Both the position numbers and the translations under genes were made by a program. From positions 2,121 through 66,120 of the forward strand of contig CAZQGS010000045.1 of the NCBI GenBank assembly GCA_964593235.1: a stretch of 64,000 nucleotides of DNA. Direction: 5' to 3'. Below the pieces are notes generated by a model. It did not search any database and was not told where the DNA came from. It saw only the letters and a list, made by a program, of their open reading frames with translations. Origin of the DNA: an uncultured Gemmatimonadota bacterium. Lineage in GTDB: Bacteria; JAAXHH01. Below are positions 1 through 9,615 of the stretch, piece by piece (within the stretch, counting starts at the first letter, position 1; every line of letters begins with the position of its first letter).

Positions 1-123
1 GCCATCGGGACTTCCATCGGCGGATGGATCGGCGCACACTATACCATTAAACGAGGAGAAAAATTAATCCGATATGTATTAACAACTGTATTAGTAATTA
101 TGGCCATCAAACTTCTTTATTAA
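1..123 (+). CDS. C-terminal fragment of a membrane protein, probably sulfite exporter TauE/SafE (TSUP) family; truncated by window start
   Basis: Frame 1 reads AIGTSIGGWIGAHYTIKRGEKLIRYVLTTVLVIMAIKLLY*, matching the usual TSUP C-terminal pattern (G..IG..IGA....K.G.K.IR...). Not in the ORF track. Confidence 0.6.
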   Translation, partial: AIGTSIGGWIGAHYTIKRGEKLIRYVLTTVLVIMAIKLLY

Positions 124-152
124 AACACTAGTAGTGATTATTAGAGTTCGTC

Positions 153-869
153 TTATCCCTGTATATGTCTTATCCATATATTACGGTAGCGGACTGGGTT
201 ACCATGGTCTTGAAGTTGTAGGGGCCCGGTCGGGTTATGAGGACTCTCGTAATTAGCCAAATTTTTATGTCCGGTTGGACCAATCGCTTTTTGCCGATGA
301 TGGACCAACACACCGTTATGTAATACTGTCAAATATGCACTTTTAACCAATAAGTTTTCTTGCCATATTGGTGCCTCAAAAATAATATCATAGCTCTGCC
401 ATTCTCCTGGTCCTCTAGATGAGTTAACCAAAGGTGGATATTGGCCATAAATTGCTGCCGCCGATCCATCAGCATAGGTACGGTTATTAAAGCTGTCCAG
501 AACTTGTACCTCATACTGCCCCATAAGGAAAACACCACTGTTGCCCCTGCCTTGACTGTTTCCAACAACCTCTTCGGGAGTAGCCCACTCTAGATGTAGC
601 TGACAGTCTCTAAAATACATCTTAGATGCAATATCTCCTGTTCCATTTACCTCCATATATCCATGTTCCACTTTCCACGTTGCGGGACCATTCGGACCTT
701 TCCATTGACTAAGGTCCGATCCATCAAACAATACCACTGCATCAGATGGAGGACTATCTGCTTCACCTCCTGGGACAACAACCTGAGGCTGTGGTCTCTC
801 TCCATCGTGTACATGCCATTTGGAATCTGGAATTAAAGGAGTATCACTGTAACCTATTGAATCTGCCAT
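153..869 (-). CDS. DUF1080 / 3-keto-disaccharide hydrolase family protein
   Basis: Motifs LFDGSDLSQW, GNSGVFL, YEVQVLDS, GEWQSYDI, LQDHGNPVRYRNIWIR. Start moved to ATG 869, which follows a GGAG SD. Confidence 0.85.
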   Translation of the reverse strand: MADSIGYSDTPLIPDSKWHVHDGERPQPQVVVPGGEADSPPSDAVVLFDGSDLSQWKGPNGPATWKVEHGYMEVNGTGDIASKMYFRDCQLHLEWATPEEVVGNSQGRGNSGVFLMGQYEVQVLDSFNNRTYADGSAAAIYGQYPPLVNSSRGPGEWQSYDIIFEAPIWQENLLVKSAYLTVLHNGVLVHHRQKAIGPTGHKNLANYESPHNPTGPLQLQDHGNPVRYRNIWIRHIQG

Positions 870-880
870 TTTATTGACTC

Positions 881-1996
881 CTATAAGCAAACTTCATGAA
901 TCATTTGTGAATAAATATCTACTGCTTCATGTATTTGTTTTATTTCAATATACTCTCCAACAGTATGAGCCTGCTTGATACTACCTGGACCTAGCACGAC
1001 CATATCTAATTTGTCTCGAAAATGAATGGCATCGGTACCATAGGGTACTGTCTCTGGCTTTTTTCCATTTGTAACTTTTGTTGCCAGTTGAACAATTGTA
1101 TTTGATGGATCAGCATAGAAAGGCTTACTTATTTTACTTTCAACGTCGAAATCATAGCTTTTTGCTCTCGAAACTAATTCTTCTAATAATTCTTCGCTGT
1201 GGTCATTAGGCATGGTTCGAAAACTAATATGACAAGTTGACCGAGCAGCAGAAACGTTTTGTTTGGTATCATAGTCAGTAATCACAATATTAAACCCATT
1301 AGATGGCGGGTTAAACTCATAATTCATATATCTCTTATCTTGTTTTATCTTATCCGCCATTTCAGCTAATTCAGCTAGAAATGGAGCTATTTTAAAATTA
1401 GCAGATTCTCCTAAACCAGTACTAGTATGAGCAGCATGGCCGTTTGCTGTTACTACTATATGAGCTGCCCCTTTATGGGCATATACTGGAGTTAAAGAAG
1501 TAGGCTCTGCAACTACGCCAAAACTTGGACGTACGTCCGCGATTATCTGAGACTCTTCTGCGACCTGATACGCCCCCCCTCCACCAACTTCCTCGTCGGC
1601 AGTTGCTACCACTAGCACTGGGTGTTTCAAAGATTCAGCATCTATTTGACTAACAGACACCATAGGGCATGCTAAAGGTCCCTTCATATCACAACTGCCC
1701 CGACCAAAAAGTCGATTCCCGTCGATTACCCCGTGATATGCATCCCAGTCTTGTTCTTGTCCTGGAACTGTATCTGTATGAGAAAGGAAAGCTAACCCCC
1801 CCTTCCCTTCACCTTTTTTTCCAACCAAACTAACTTTCTCTTCATTGTTTTGATCCAAATAAGATAGTCGTTCTACTTCAAGACCACATTCTTTCATACG
1901 GTGTTCCACCAAATCAGAAATTGCACTATTACTCCATCGGCTTACAGATTTCACATTTACAAATTCCTGGGTTAGGGCAATCGGATCCAGACCCAT
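881..1996 (-). CDS. M20 family metallopeptidase (ArgE/DapE-like deacylase)
   Basis: SHTDTVP, GRGSCDMKG, ADEEVG, AEPT and AHTVGE metal-binding motifs. Confidence 0.85.
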   Translation of the reverse strand: MGLDPIALTQEFVNVKSVSRWSNSAISDLVEHRMKECGLEVERLSYLDQNNEEKVSLVGKKGEGKGGLAFLSHTDTVPGQEQDWDAYHGVIDGNRLFGRGSCDMKGPLACPMVSVSQIDAESLKHPVLVVATADEEVGGGGAYQVAEESQIIADVRPSFGVVAEPTSLTPVYAHKGAAHIVVTANGHAAHTSTGLGESANFKIAPFLAELAEMADKIKQDKRYMNYEFNPPSNGFNIVITDYDTKQNVSAARSTCHISFRTMPNDHSEELLEELVSRAKSYDFDVESKISKPFYADPSNTIVQLATKVTNGKKPETVPYGTDAIHFRDKLDMVVLGPGSIKQAHTVGEYIEIKQIHEAVDIYSQMIHEVCL

Positions 1997-2048
1997 GACA
2001 CACCCCTTTCATAATACGAGTAATATAAACGAACTTGGCGTTATTATA

Positions 2049-3038
2049 TCAATCTGTTAACCAACTTGACATTTCTTTTAGCAACTCTCTATCTATTCCT
2101 AGTTCAGCAGCCTCAAAAGCATTTTCAAGGTGGCTTACTGTTCGAGCTCCCACAATAACCGAAGTAATATCTCTGTTCCCCATTACCCAGGCCATAGCAA
2201 GTTTTACCATCGGTATATTTAGTGAATTAGCAAGATCACGTAGGCGTTCAACATTTCGAAAATTTCTTTCATTAAAGTAGACGTCCGCGTGACCAGGAAT
2301 CACATCAAAACGAGAACCTTTGGGAAAAGCGTTACGATCTGCGGTGTATTTACCAGCTAAGAACCCAGCTGCCAGTGGACTGTATGTCGTGACCGCTACT
2401 TCTTCCTTAATACAGAGAGGAAATAACTCATCTTGAGCGCCTGGATCTGCCAGGTTATAAGGAGGCTGAATAACCTCAAAACGTTCAAAATTGTTTTGTT
2501 CACTAACTCTAAGGGCTTCTTGAAGTTGTGATGCATTAAAGTTACTACAACCTATGGTTCGTACTTTGCCAGTTCTAACCAACTCATTTAGAGCACCAAG
2601 GCTTTCATCAATGGGAACGGTATCATCTGGAGAGTGGAGTTCATAGATATCTACACTCTCTATTTGTAACCGGTCTAGACTAACCTCAAGCGCCCGGCCA
2701 ATATTATCAGGGCTATTACCACTACTAACCTTGGAACAAATTATCAAGTCGTCACGGCATCCTCTGGATTTCATCCATTTTCCAATAATTATTTCAGAAG
2801 AACCCATAATATCTGATGTTTCACGAACATCAGATACCTTTAACACATTTTTTCGATATGAACGAGCATTACCCCCGCCATAGGCTTCAGCAGTATCAAG
2901 CCAATTAATTCCTTTTCCTTGCGCATAGTCTAAAATAGCGATAGATGATTCTTCATCTATCTCTCTTCCAAAAGTGACACAACCCAATCCAATAAAACTT
3001 AGAGACATGTCAGTACGGCCTAGCTTACGGTGTTCCAT
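2049..3038 (-). CDS. Aldo/keto reductase
   Basis: GLGCVTFG, DTAEAYG, SLDRLQ...DIYELH, IGCSNF, YSPLAAGFL. Confidence 0.9.
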   Translation of the reverse strand: MEHRKLGRTDMSLSFIGLGCVTFGREIDEESSIAILDYAQGKGINWLDTAEAYGGGNARSYRKNVLKVSDVRETSDIMGSSEIIIGKWMKSRGCRDDLIICSKVSSGNSPDNIGRALEVSLDRLQIESVDIYELHSPDDTVPIDESLGALNELVRTGKVRTIGCSNFNASQLQEALRVSEQNNFERFEVIQPPYNLADPGAQDELFPLCIKEEVAVTTYSPLAAGFLAGKYTADRNAFPKGSRFDVIPGHADVYFNERNFRNVERLRDLANSLNIPMVKLAMAWVMGNRDITSVIVGARTVSHLENAFEAAELGIDRELLKEMSSWLTD

Positions 3039-3190
3039 AATACCCCCTTACAAATTTCCTCTGTATGTAATGGTTTTCAGATATATTTCGATAAATTTCT
3101 AAAGTAACTCTCCGGTAAAAATGTATATCTATTTAGATTAGATGGGCAAGTGTTGTTTGTAGACAGGTATCGATTCAAGAATTAAATATC

Positions 3191-4459
3191 TCATGGATAC
3201 ACCTTAGAGGGGTAATCAATTTCCTCCAATTTTTCTTCCCAGAGTAATTTGAGTTGATTTAATCGAAGTCGATGCCCTTCTAATTCTCTCTCTGTTTCCA
3301 AAATCATTTGTTGAATAAAATATGGATCTTGTTGAGAAGAAGATTCCCGCATGCGATCTGGTCTAATTTTACTGCTTACTGAACGAAAATTAATCGTGGG
3401 TTCTTCTGCTAAAACCGTCTCCACAATAGAGACCGTATCGGCACGTTGGTATTCGATCTTGATTTGGGTGCCTGTAGGAAGAGAAGTAACAAAATCAGCA
3501 AGTATAATTGGATGATTCATGGACTTCCCATTTACAGCTCTGAGAATATCTCCTTTACGAATCCCTGCATCCATCGCTGGACTATTAGGATAAACCTCTG
3601 CAATAACAATCCCTTGTCGATTAGCAGGAAATATGTTGCGATCGTATCCTGCACTAACACCATCCCAAATCTTTTCCACATATATTCCTAACCAACTTCT
3701 ACGGATCTCGCCGTATTCTATCAGCTGGTTTACTGGGGTTTTTACTCTATTAATTGGAATTACTGATATTGAACCCCTACTAACATTTTGAACTGGGTGA
3801 GTTTTTGGATTGGTAACAAAGCCCAACAAATGTCCTTTTGTGGAAAATACTGCACCACCAGAAAAATTTCCTACTCCTGACGTCGTTACCTGCATTTTTA
3901 CATCTTCTTCACGAATCCCGTTTATTATACCGGTAGTCATTAATGGCAGAAAGCTATTCCTATTACTTAGTACTAGTACCCAAGAACCCGGATTAGCATT
4001 ATCGGAGTCCCCAAGTGGAGCTGTATTAACAAAAACAGAATCAACACGGATAACCGCAATATCCGAAAAATTATCGATTCCTACAATATCTCCTCCATAA
4101 TACTCTCCAGCTCCAAAATCTATTAATATGTCATCAGCCCGTTCTACCGCTGCTCCAGTCGTCATAATATAGCCATCTTTGTGAACAACTACGCCAGTGT
4201 TAATAGAACGTTTCCAATCTATCAAATGCTGGCCTTTAACTGAACTAATATTTTTCCGCTGCACAATCACGCTTACCACAGTCGGCTTAATTACTTTAAC
4301 AAGATTTACCAGTTCTTTTTCATGACCTATAAGGTAGGAAGAGTTCTGACCAAAAGCAGAGTTCAGAAAAACAAGTAAAACACTGGATATAAGGACGCAT
4401 TTACTCATTAGCAGTAAAATTATTTTGATCTTAAAGAGAGGTAATATAGAACGGGGCAT
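3191..4459 (-). CDS. HtrA/DegP-like trypsin-fold plus PDZ protein, catalytic His apparently substituted
   Basis: Signal peptide; GVVVHKDGYIMTTGAAV, SDIAVIRV, LGDSD, FSGGAV; PDZ domain (WLGI...VYPNSPAMDAGIRKGDIL); coiled-coil tail. Confidence 0.8.
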   Translation of the reverse strand: MPRSILPLFKIKIILLLMSKCVLISSVLLVFLNSAFGQNSSYLIGHEKELVNLVKVIKPTVVSVIVQRKNISSVKGQHLIDWKRSINTGVVVHKDGYIMTTGAAVERADDILIDFGAGEYYGGDIVGIDNFSDIAVIRVDSVFVNTAPLGDSDNANPGSWVLVLSNRNSFLPLMTTGIINGIREEDVKMQVTTSGVGNFSGGAVFSTKGHLLGFVTNPKTHPVQNVSRGSISVIPINRVKTPVNQLIEYGEIRRSWLGIYVEKIWDGVSAGYDRNIFPANRQGIVIAEVYPNSPAMDAGIRKGDILRAVNGKSMNHPIILADFVTSLPTGTQIKIEYQRADTVSIVETVLAEEPTINFRSVSSKIRPDRMRESSSQQDPYFIQQMILETERELEGHRLRLNQLKLLWEEKLEEIDYPSKVYP

Positions 4460-4465
4460 ATGACC

Positions 4466-5323
4466 TTAAAAGGATACTCGAATACGCCTAATAGCAGCTG
4501 GCAAACGATTAATACTTCGGGATTCTTTTTGCCGAAATCCTTTACTCGACCTCGGATATTTCTCTACAAGTAATTCATTTATCGACTTGTTGACACCTGA
4601 TTCCAAATTAAAATAATTAACAAAAATTGAAGGATCTATTGGACGTTTTATCCCAGCAGAAATTGTCTGCATATTGTTATTATTTCTTGGCTCTATAGTT
4701 CGAATGGTCATTACATCCACTAATTGACTTTTTAGAACGGGCAAACTAATATCTTCCGGACCTCTAGGATTTTTTTCAATTTCTGTATTAAATTTAATCG
4801 TCATAGTTGGCAATGATTCATGGTCTAAAGGAACCGGAATAACTAAAGGGGGTACTGCCAGTTCAGGTTCAAATGGCAAAAAACTTTTAATGCCTGGTTT
4901 TGGTGTCACCTGAGTTTGTTCTTGGAATTCTCTCAGATTACCAAACCAACTAGTCAAACCGATAGTCAGTAGTAGGCTGCTTGCAAAAACTATTTGAACC
5001 GACCGTTGGCGGCTAAATTCACTTATCCCCGCACAAACAATTGACAACCTCCCCCACCTAGTGCTGTTATAAATTTCGTGGCAAATGTTTTTCCGTAAAT
5101 TTTTATTTAATTTAGTCGCAAAACTGGGTTCAGGAGTAACAGCTTGAAGCCTTTTTAATGCAGCTATTGAGGCTTTCATATCTTCCACCTTAAGGCTACA
5201 CCGCTGGCATCCACTCAGATGGAAACGAATGGCATCTTCATTGGCTTTAGACAATGAACCCTCTAGATAATCTGAAATCTGTGTCTCGTAATTATTACAA
5301 TTCAAAGTCCTTTTGCTCCTCAT
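4466..5323 (-). CDS. Zinc-finger (ZAS/zf-HC2) transmembrane anti-sigma factor
   Basis: N-terminal C...ISDYLEG...HLSGCQRC (HxxxCxxC), one TM helix, lies directly after the ECF sigma gene. Confidence 0.8.
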   Translation of the reverse strand: MRSKRTLNCNNYETQISDYLEGSLSKANEDAIRFHLSGCQRCSLKVEDMKASIAALKRLQAVTPEPSFATKLNKNLRKNICHEIYNSTRWGRLSIVCAGISEFSRQRSVQIVFASSLLLTIGLTSWFGNLREFQEQTQVTPKPGIKSFLPFEPELAVPPLVIPVPLDHESLPTMTIKFNTEIEKNPRGPEDISLPVLKSQLVDVMTIRTIEPRNNNNMQTISAGIKRPIDPSIFVNYFNLESGVNKSINELLVEKYPRSSKGFRQKESRSINRLPAAIRRIRVSF

Positions 5324-5968
5324 TTAAAGAATTTCTAGGCGCCATTGCCTTAGTTTTTCCTGCAACTTTAATCTGGCACGATTGACTCTGGATTTTATGG
5401 TTCCGGTTGGGCACCCAAGAATATCACCTATTTCTTCATAAGACATTTCTTCAATATCACGTAGTATAATCACAGTCTTATATTTTTCAGGCAGAAGATC
5501 AATGGCGTGCTGAATTGCACGCCCTAGTTCATTAGTTTCAAGTTTCTCACCAGGCCCTGAAGTTTTATCCGGAAGCTCGAATCGTTCTTTTGATCCAGTT
5601 TTGTAGTTCGGAGAATCTAACGAAAAAAACTTTCTGCGCTTCCGTTTTCTTAATTCACTCCGGGAAAGATTCAGGGCGATTGTATAGATCCAAGTCGACA
5701 AACTAGAAATTGCTTTATAATTCCGCCTCTTCCGATAAACTCTAAGGAATGTCTCTTGTAAAAGGTCTTCAGCACACTCTGTATTATGCACCATACGATA
5801 GATACAATTATATAACCTGCCCCTATATCGTTCGACAATTTCCTCAAACGCAACGATATCATCGTGTTGGACACGATAAAACAATTTTTCATCTGAAATA
5901 TTGGTGTGATCGAATGAGTTCGATTCACCATCAGTTAACTCGACTACGGCCATAGTATTTTTAGACAC
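5324..5968 (-). CDS. ECF RNA polymerase sigma-70 factor (RpoE/SigW-like)
   Basis: AEDLLQETFLRVY, TWIYTIALN, MSYEEIGDILGCPTGTIKSRVNRAR. Probable start is GTG 5968 after the SD GGGAGAGGG. Confidence 0.9.
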   Translation of the reverse strand: MSKNTMAVVELTDGESNSFDHTNISDEKLFYRVQHDDIVAFEEIVERYRGRLYNCIYRMVHNTECAEDLLQETFLRVYRKRRNYKAISSLSTWIYTIALNLSRSELRKRKRRKFFSLDSPNYKTGSKERFELPDKTSGPGEKLETNELGRAIQHAIDLLPEKYKTVIILRDIEEMSYEEIGDILGCPTGTIKSRVNRARLKLQEKLRQWRLEIL

Positions 5969-5991
5969 GTTTTCCCTCTCCCTTAATACTT

Positions 5992-6020
5992 TAGACGAGG
6001 GGTTTGGGGTTTTAGTTTCA
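5992..6020 (-). promoter_or_regulatory. Putative ECF-sigma (autoregulatory) promoter TGAAAC-N17-CGTCTA
   Basis: Minus strand reads TGAAAC taaaaccccaaacccct CGTCTA just upstream of the SD of the ECF sigma gene; matches the AAC/CGT ECF promoter consensus. Confidence 0.7.
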
Positions 6021-6114
6021 AAAAAGATTGGCAACCATATATAACATACGTTAGATACTACATTTTTCTAGAGTAATCTGTAAGTAAAATATAAAAGGTC
6101 AACTTGAACAGGTC

Positions 6115-7797
6115 CTATCCTGAGAGGATTTCACTGAAATCGTGAATGGTGTACTTATAACCCTGTTCCGTAAGAAAGAGCTGCCGATTAACCGCATAAT
6201 CTTGATCAAGGGTGTTTCTTGTTACGATAGAATAGAAAATAGCTGCTGAACCATCTGCCTTAGGCCGTAGAATTCGGCCAAGCCGTTGTGCTTCTTCCTG
6301 ACGTGATCCAAAAGTTCCCGATATCTGTATTGCTACGTTGGCATCTGGTAAATCGATTGCAAAATTAGCAACCTTAGATACAACCAGTCGACTAAGTTCT
6401 CCATTTCTAAACTGCCTATAAAGTTCAAGTCGGACGTCAAGGGGTGTTTTCCCGGTAATAAGAGGAAATTCTAATAGGTTAGCAATTTGTTTTAGTTGTT
6501 TCACATAAAGCCCGATTATTAAAATCTGGTCCTTAGGGTGTTGCTCCAAGAGTGTTTTGATAATCGTAGTTTTTTGACTATTTTCAGATGCAATTCTAAA
6601 TTTTTCACGACGATTAGCAACAGCATAAGGCATTCGCCTGGTTTCAGGAAGGTCCACTCTAATTTCGCGACAGTATGCTTCAGCAATCCAGCCTTGTCTC
6701 TCTAATACTTTCCACGGCATATCATATCGGCGGGGTCCGATCAAACTGAAAACCTCCTCTTCCAAGCCATCCTCACGTACCAATGTCGCGGTGAGGCCTA
6801 AACGTCGCCGTGCCTGAATTTCAGCTGTATATCGAAAAACAGGAGCTGGAAGCAAATGTACCTCATCATAAATTATTAGCCCCCATCCCTTCTCATCAAA
6901 CAGACCAAAATGTTCAAATTCATCAGCTCGACTTTTACGATAAGTCAATATTTGATATGTAGCTAGAGTAACAGGCCTAATTTCTTTACTTTCCCCCGAA
7001 TATTCACCAATCTGGTTTTCTTGCAACGAAGTTTTCTGGAGTAATTCCTCTCTCCATTGACGAAGAGCTACTGTATTAGCAGTCAAAATAAGAGTATGAC
7101 TTTTTAGCACGGCCATTGCACCAAGTGCGACTATAGTTTTACCTGCTCCACATGGTAATACAACAACTCCATTACCTCCCTGAGGTTCTCCGTTCATGTG
7201 GAAGGCATCGACTGCCTGTTCTTGATAATCGCGCATATTAAAAATTTGATTCTTCCCTACCGTTTTTCGTAACTGGATTTTTAGTGGATCACCTTCCACA
7301 TATCCAGCCAAATCTTCAACGGGAAAACCAACTTTTATTAAAGCCTGCTTTATATGGCCTCGAAACCGATCGCCGACTCTAACTTGATACTTATTTAGAG
7401 ATGCTATTAAATATTGTTTAACAGAAGGAAGGCTAGAAACTTCTGTTATTAAAGCATGTTCATCCGATTCGAGGACTAATTGATTATCTAATTTTCTTAA
7501 TCGGAGCTGGCCATATCGGTCAATAAATTCCTTAATCTCACGGCAAATATTTTGTGGTATCTCATATTTACTTAGGTTCTCGAGCGATAGGAGAATTTCA
7601 TCAGCGTTAAGTCCTGCCGAAGCAGCATTCCAAAGAGATAGGGGACTTAACCGGTAGACGTGAATGTGTTCCGGTGATTTTTCTAATTCTGCAAAACGAG
7701 CAAGGGAGCCCCTGGCATCCTCATAATGAGGGTGGTCAACTTCAACAAGAATGGTTCGGTCACTTTGTACAATCAAAGGGTTTTTCAGGTCTGCCAA
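6115..7797 (-). CDS. Bacterial XPB/Ssl2/Rad25-like DNA repair helicase
   Basis: N-terminal PLIVQSDRTILVEV...FAELEKSPEHIH domain, LPCGAGKT, DEVH, LGLTATLVRED, SRQEEAQRLGRILR. Confidence 0.9.
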   Translation of the reverse strand: MADLKNPLIVQSDRTILVEVDHPHYEDARGSLARFAELEKSPEHIHVYRLSPLSLWNAASAGLNADEILLSLENLSKYEIPQNICREIKEFIDRYGQLRLRKLDNQLVLESDEHALITEVSSLPSVKQYLIASLNKYQVRVGDRFRGHIKQALIKVGFPVEDLAGYVEGDPLKIQLRKTVGKNQIFNMRDYQEQAVDAFHMNGEPQGGNGVVVLPCGAGKTIVALGAMAVLKSHTLILTANTVALRQWREELLQKTSLQENQIGEYSGESKEIRPVTLATYQILTYRKSRADEFEHFGLFDEKGWGLIIYDEVHLLPAPVFRYTAEIQARRRLGLTATLVREDGLEEEVFSLIGPRRYDMPWKVLERQGWIAEAYCREIRVDLPETRRMPYAVANRREKFRIASENSQKTTIIKTLLEQHPKDQILIIGLYVKQLKQIANLLEFPLITGKTPLDVRLELYRQFRNGELSRLVVSKVANFAIDLPDANVAIQISGTFGSRQEEAQRLGRILRPKADGSAAIFYSIVTRNTLDQDYAVNRQLFLTEQGYKYTIHDFSEILSG

Positions 7798-7831
7798 AAT
7801 ATTCTCCCAGAGTATGTTTTAACGGTTGGTT

Positions 7832-8899
7832 CTAATCGCAAAAAAGAGTTCCCCCTGAGACCTTGGAAGTTTTTAAATTACGGGCAACAATTTGGCGTTG
7901 GATCGCTTCGAAAACATTTTGCACAGAAATTCTTTTCATACAATCAAAGTATTGGCAAGCATCCTCAATACACCTAGGGCATGGAGGGACATCAGGCATT
8001 AATACTTCATGATTGTTGCCATAAGGTCCCCACCGTATAGGGCTGCATGGTTTAATGGGACAAAATAATGCTACAGTAGGTGTTCCAACTGCGGCTGCAA
8101 TGTGGAGAGGACCAGTACTATTTGTTACACAAACAGTTGCAATTTGGATCAGTGCTGCTAACTCCTTTACATCCACATCTCCTGCAACCGCACTTATTGT
8201 ATTTACCCTGGAAGGCATCACCTGATCAACAATGTTTTTCTCCTCATAAGAACCAGTAACAATGACTTGAATGCCAGAATCAGAAAGACGCCCTGCAAGC
8301 TCCCGGTAAGATTGCACGGGCCAATTTCTTGCCGACCCCCCACTTCCAGGATGTAAAAGAACGAGATCTTTTTCTGGATTTTTCTGCCATTGGTTTAATA
8401 GTATTTTAACCTTCTGGATAGCTTTAATTGGAATTTGTATTGTCGGTGACGGTGAGCTGCTATCACTAAAACAGGTACGTACCACCCCAAGATTATATTC
8501 AATTTCGTGCTTAACTGAATTTCTCCGATGTTCATAAACTTTCTTATTAAACAAAAACCCATACCATCTATAAGCTGACCCCACTCTCTCAGGAATACCA
8601 GCTATGCGACATGCAAGAGCCAACCTAGCTGTTGCATGTAAAATAAATACCATATCAAAGCACTTACTTCGGAGGTCACTAATTAGGTAAAGAAACCCCC
8701 TGAGGCCTTTGTACCATTCCTCCTGAGTGTCAATAAGAAGTTCATCAAGATCAGGATGTCCCTCAACTACCTTCGCTGAGTAAGGGGATACTAACATGGT
8801 GAGGTGGCAATCGGGAACCTGTTCCCGTAGAAAACTTAGGACAGGCGTAGAAAGCACGACATCTCCAATACGATCGGTTCGGACAACTAAAATCCGCAT
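7832..8899 (-). CDS. Glycosyltransferase family 9 (LPS heptosyltransferase-like)
   Basis: RTDRIGDVVLSTP, LHPGSGG..RNW, NSTGPLHIAAAVGTPTVALF. Confidence 0.88.
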   Translation of the reverse strand: MRILVVRTDRIGDVVLSTPVLSFLREQVPDCHLTMLVSPYSAKVVEGHPDLDELLIDTQEEWYKGLRGFLYLISDLRSKCFDMVFILHATARLALACRIAGIPERVGSAYRWYGFLFNKKVYEHRRNSVKHEIEYNLGVVRTCFSDSSSPSPTIQIPIKAIQKVKILLNQWQKNPEKDLVLLHPGSGGSARNWPVQSYRELAGRLSDSGIQVIVTGSYEEKNIVDQVMPSRVNTISAVAGDVDVKELAALIQIATVCVTNSTGPLHIAAAVGTPTVALFCPIKPCSPIRWGPYGNNHEVLMPDVPPCPRCIEDACQYFDCMKRISVQNVFEAIQRQIVARNLKTSKVSGGTLFCD

Positions 8900-8914
8900 T
8901 ACCTTTTTCTCTCC

Positions 8915-9571
8915 CTAGCCCTTATGTTTAAACTCAGCTGTTTGATCCCAAATTTCCATTATATCGCTAAAGGATATTCCGCCTGCTCGAACTAGTATTG
9001 GCCTATCTCCTGAAACATCTACAACAGTAGATGGTTCCTTAGAAAATGATGCCCCACCATCAAGTATTAAATCCACCTTGTCTCCAATCTGTTTTGCTAC
9101 ATCTTCAGCTGAGAGTGGTTCATGGCAACCAGACAGATTAGCGCTAGGGGCCGTAATAGGGCATCCTGCAACCCTACAGAGCTCCCTACCGAGGACACTA
9201 CTAGTATATCTGATACCTATTGTAGATCCTTGCCCAAGTAAATCCGGAGCTACATTTTTTGCTGCCGGGAAAATAAGTGTCAGCGGGCCGGGCCAGAAAG
9301 CACCGATAATATTTTCGACCCCTGCTGGTACAAATTGAGTAAGTGGTATTATATCTTTCTCTTTACCAACTATTACTAAAATAGGTTTTCGTTTCTCTCG
9401 ACCTTTTACTTGATAAATCTTCCTTATTGCAGATTGATTGGTTCCATCCGCCCCAATTCCATAAACAGTCTCTGTGGGGAATGCTACCAAGCCACCAGCA
9501 TTAATAATTTTAGCTGCTTCAGCAAGGACATTAGGATCCGGTTTAACTAGATCGACAGGTAGCATTTTCAT
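8915..9571 (-). CDS. tsaC: L-threonylcarbamoyladenylate synthase (TsaC/YrdC/Sua5)
   Basis: AFPTETVYG, KGR, FWPGPLT, SANLSG, PSTVVD. Confidence 0.9.
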   Translation of the reverse strand: MKMLPVDLVKPDPNVLAEAAKIINAGGLVAFPTETVYGIGADGTNQSAIRKIYQVKGREKRKPILVIVGKEKDIIPLTQFVPAGVENIIGAFWPGPLTLIFPAAKNVAPDLLGQGSTIGIRYTSSVLGRELCRVAGCPITAPSANLSGCHEPLSAEDVAKQIGDKVDLILDGGASFSKEPSTVVDVSGDRPILVRAGGISFSDIMEIWDQTAEFKHKG

Positions 9572-9615
9572 AAATGTGCTTTCCTTAGTTATCTAAAATT
9601 GGTCAGGTTCTGCTT

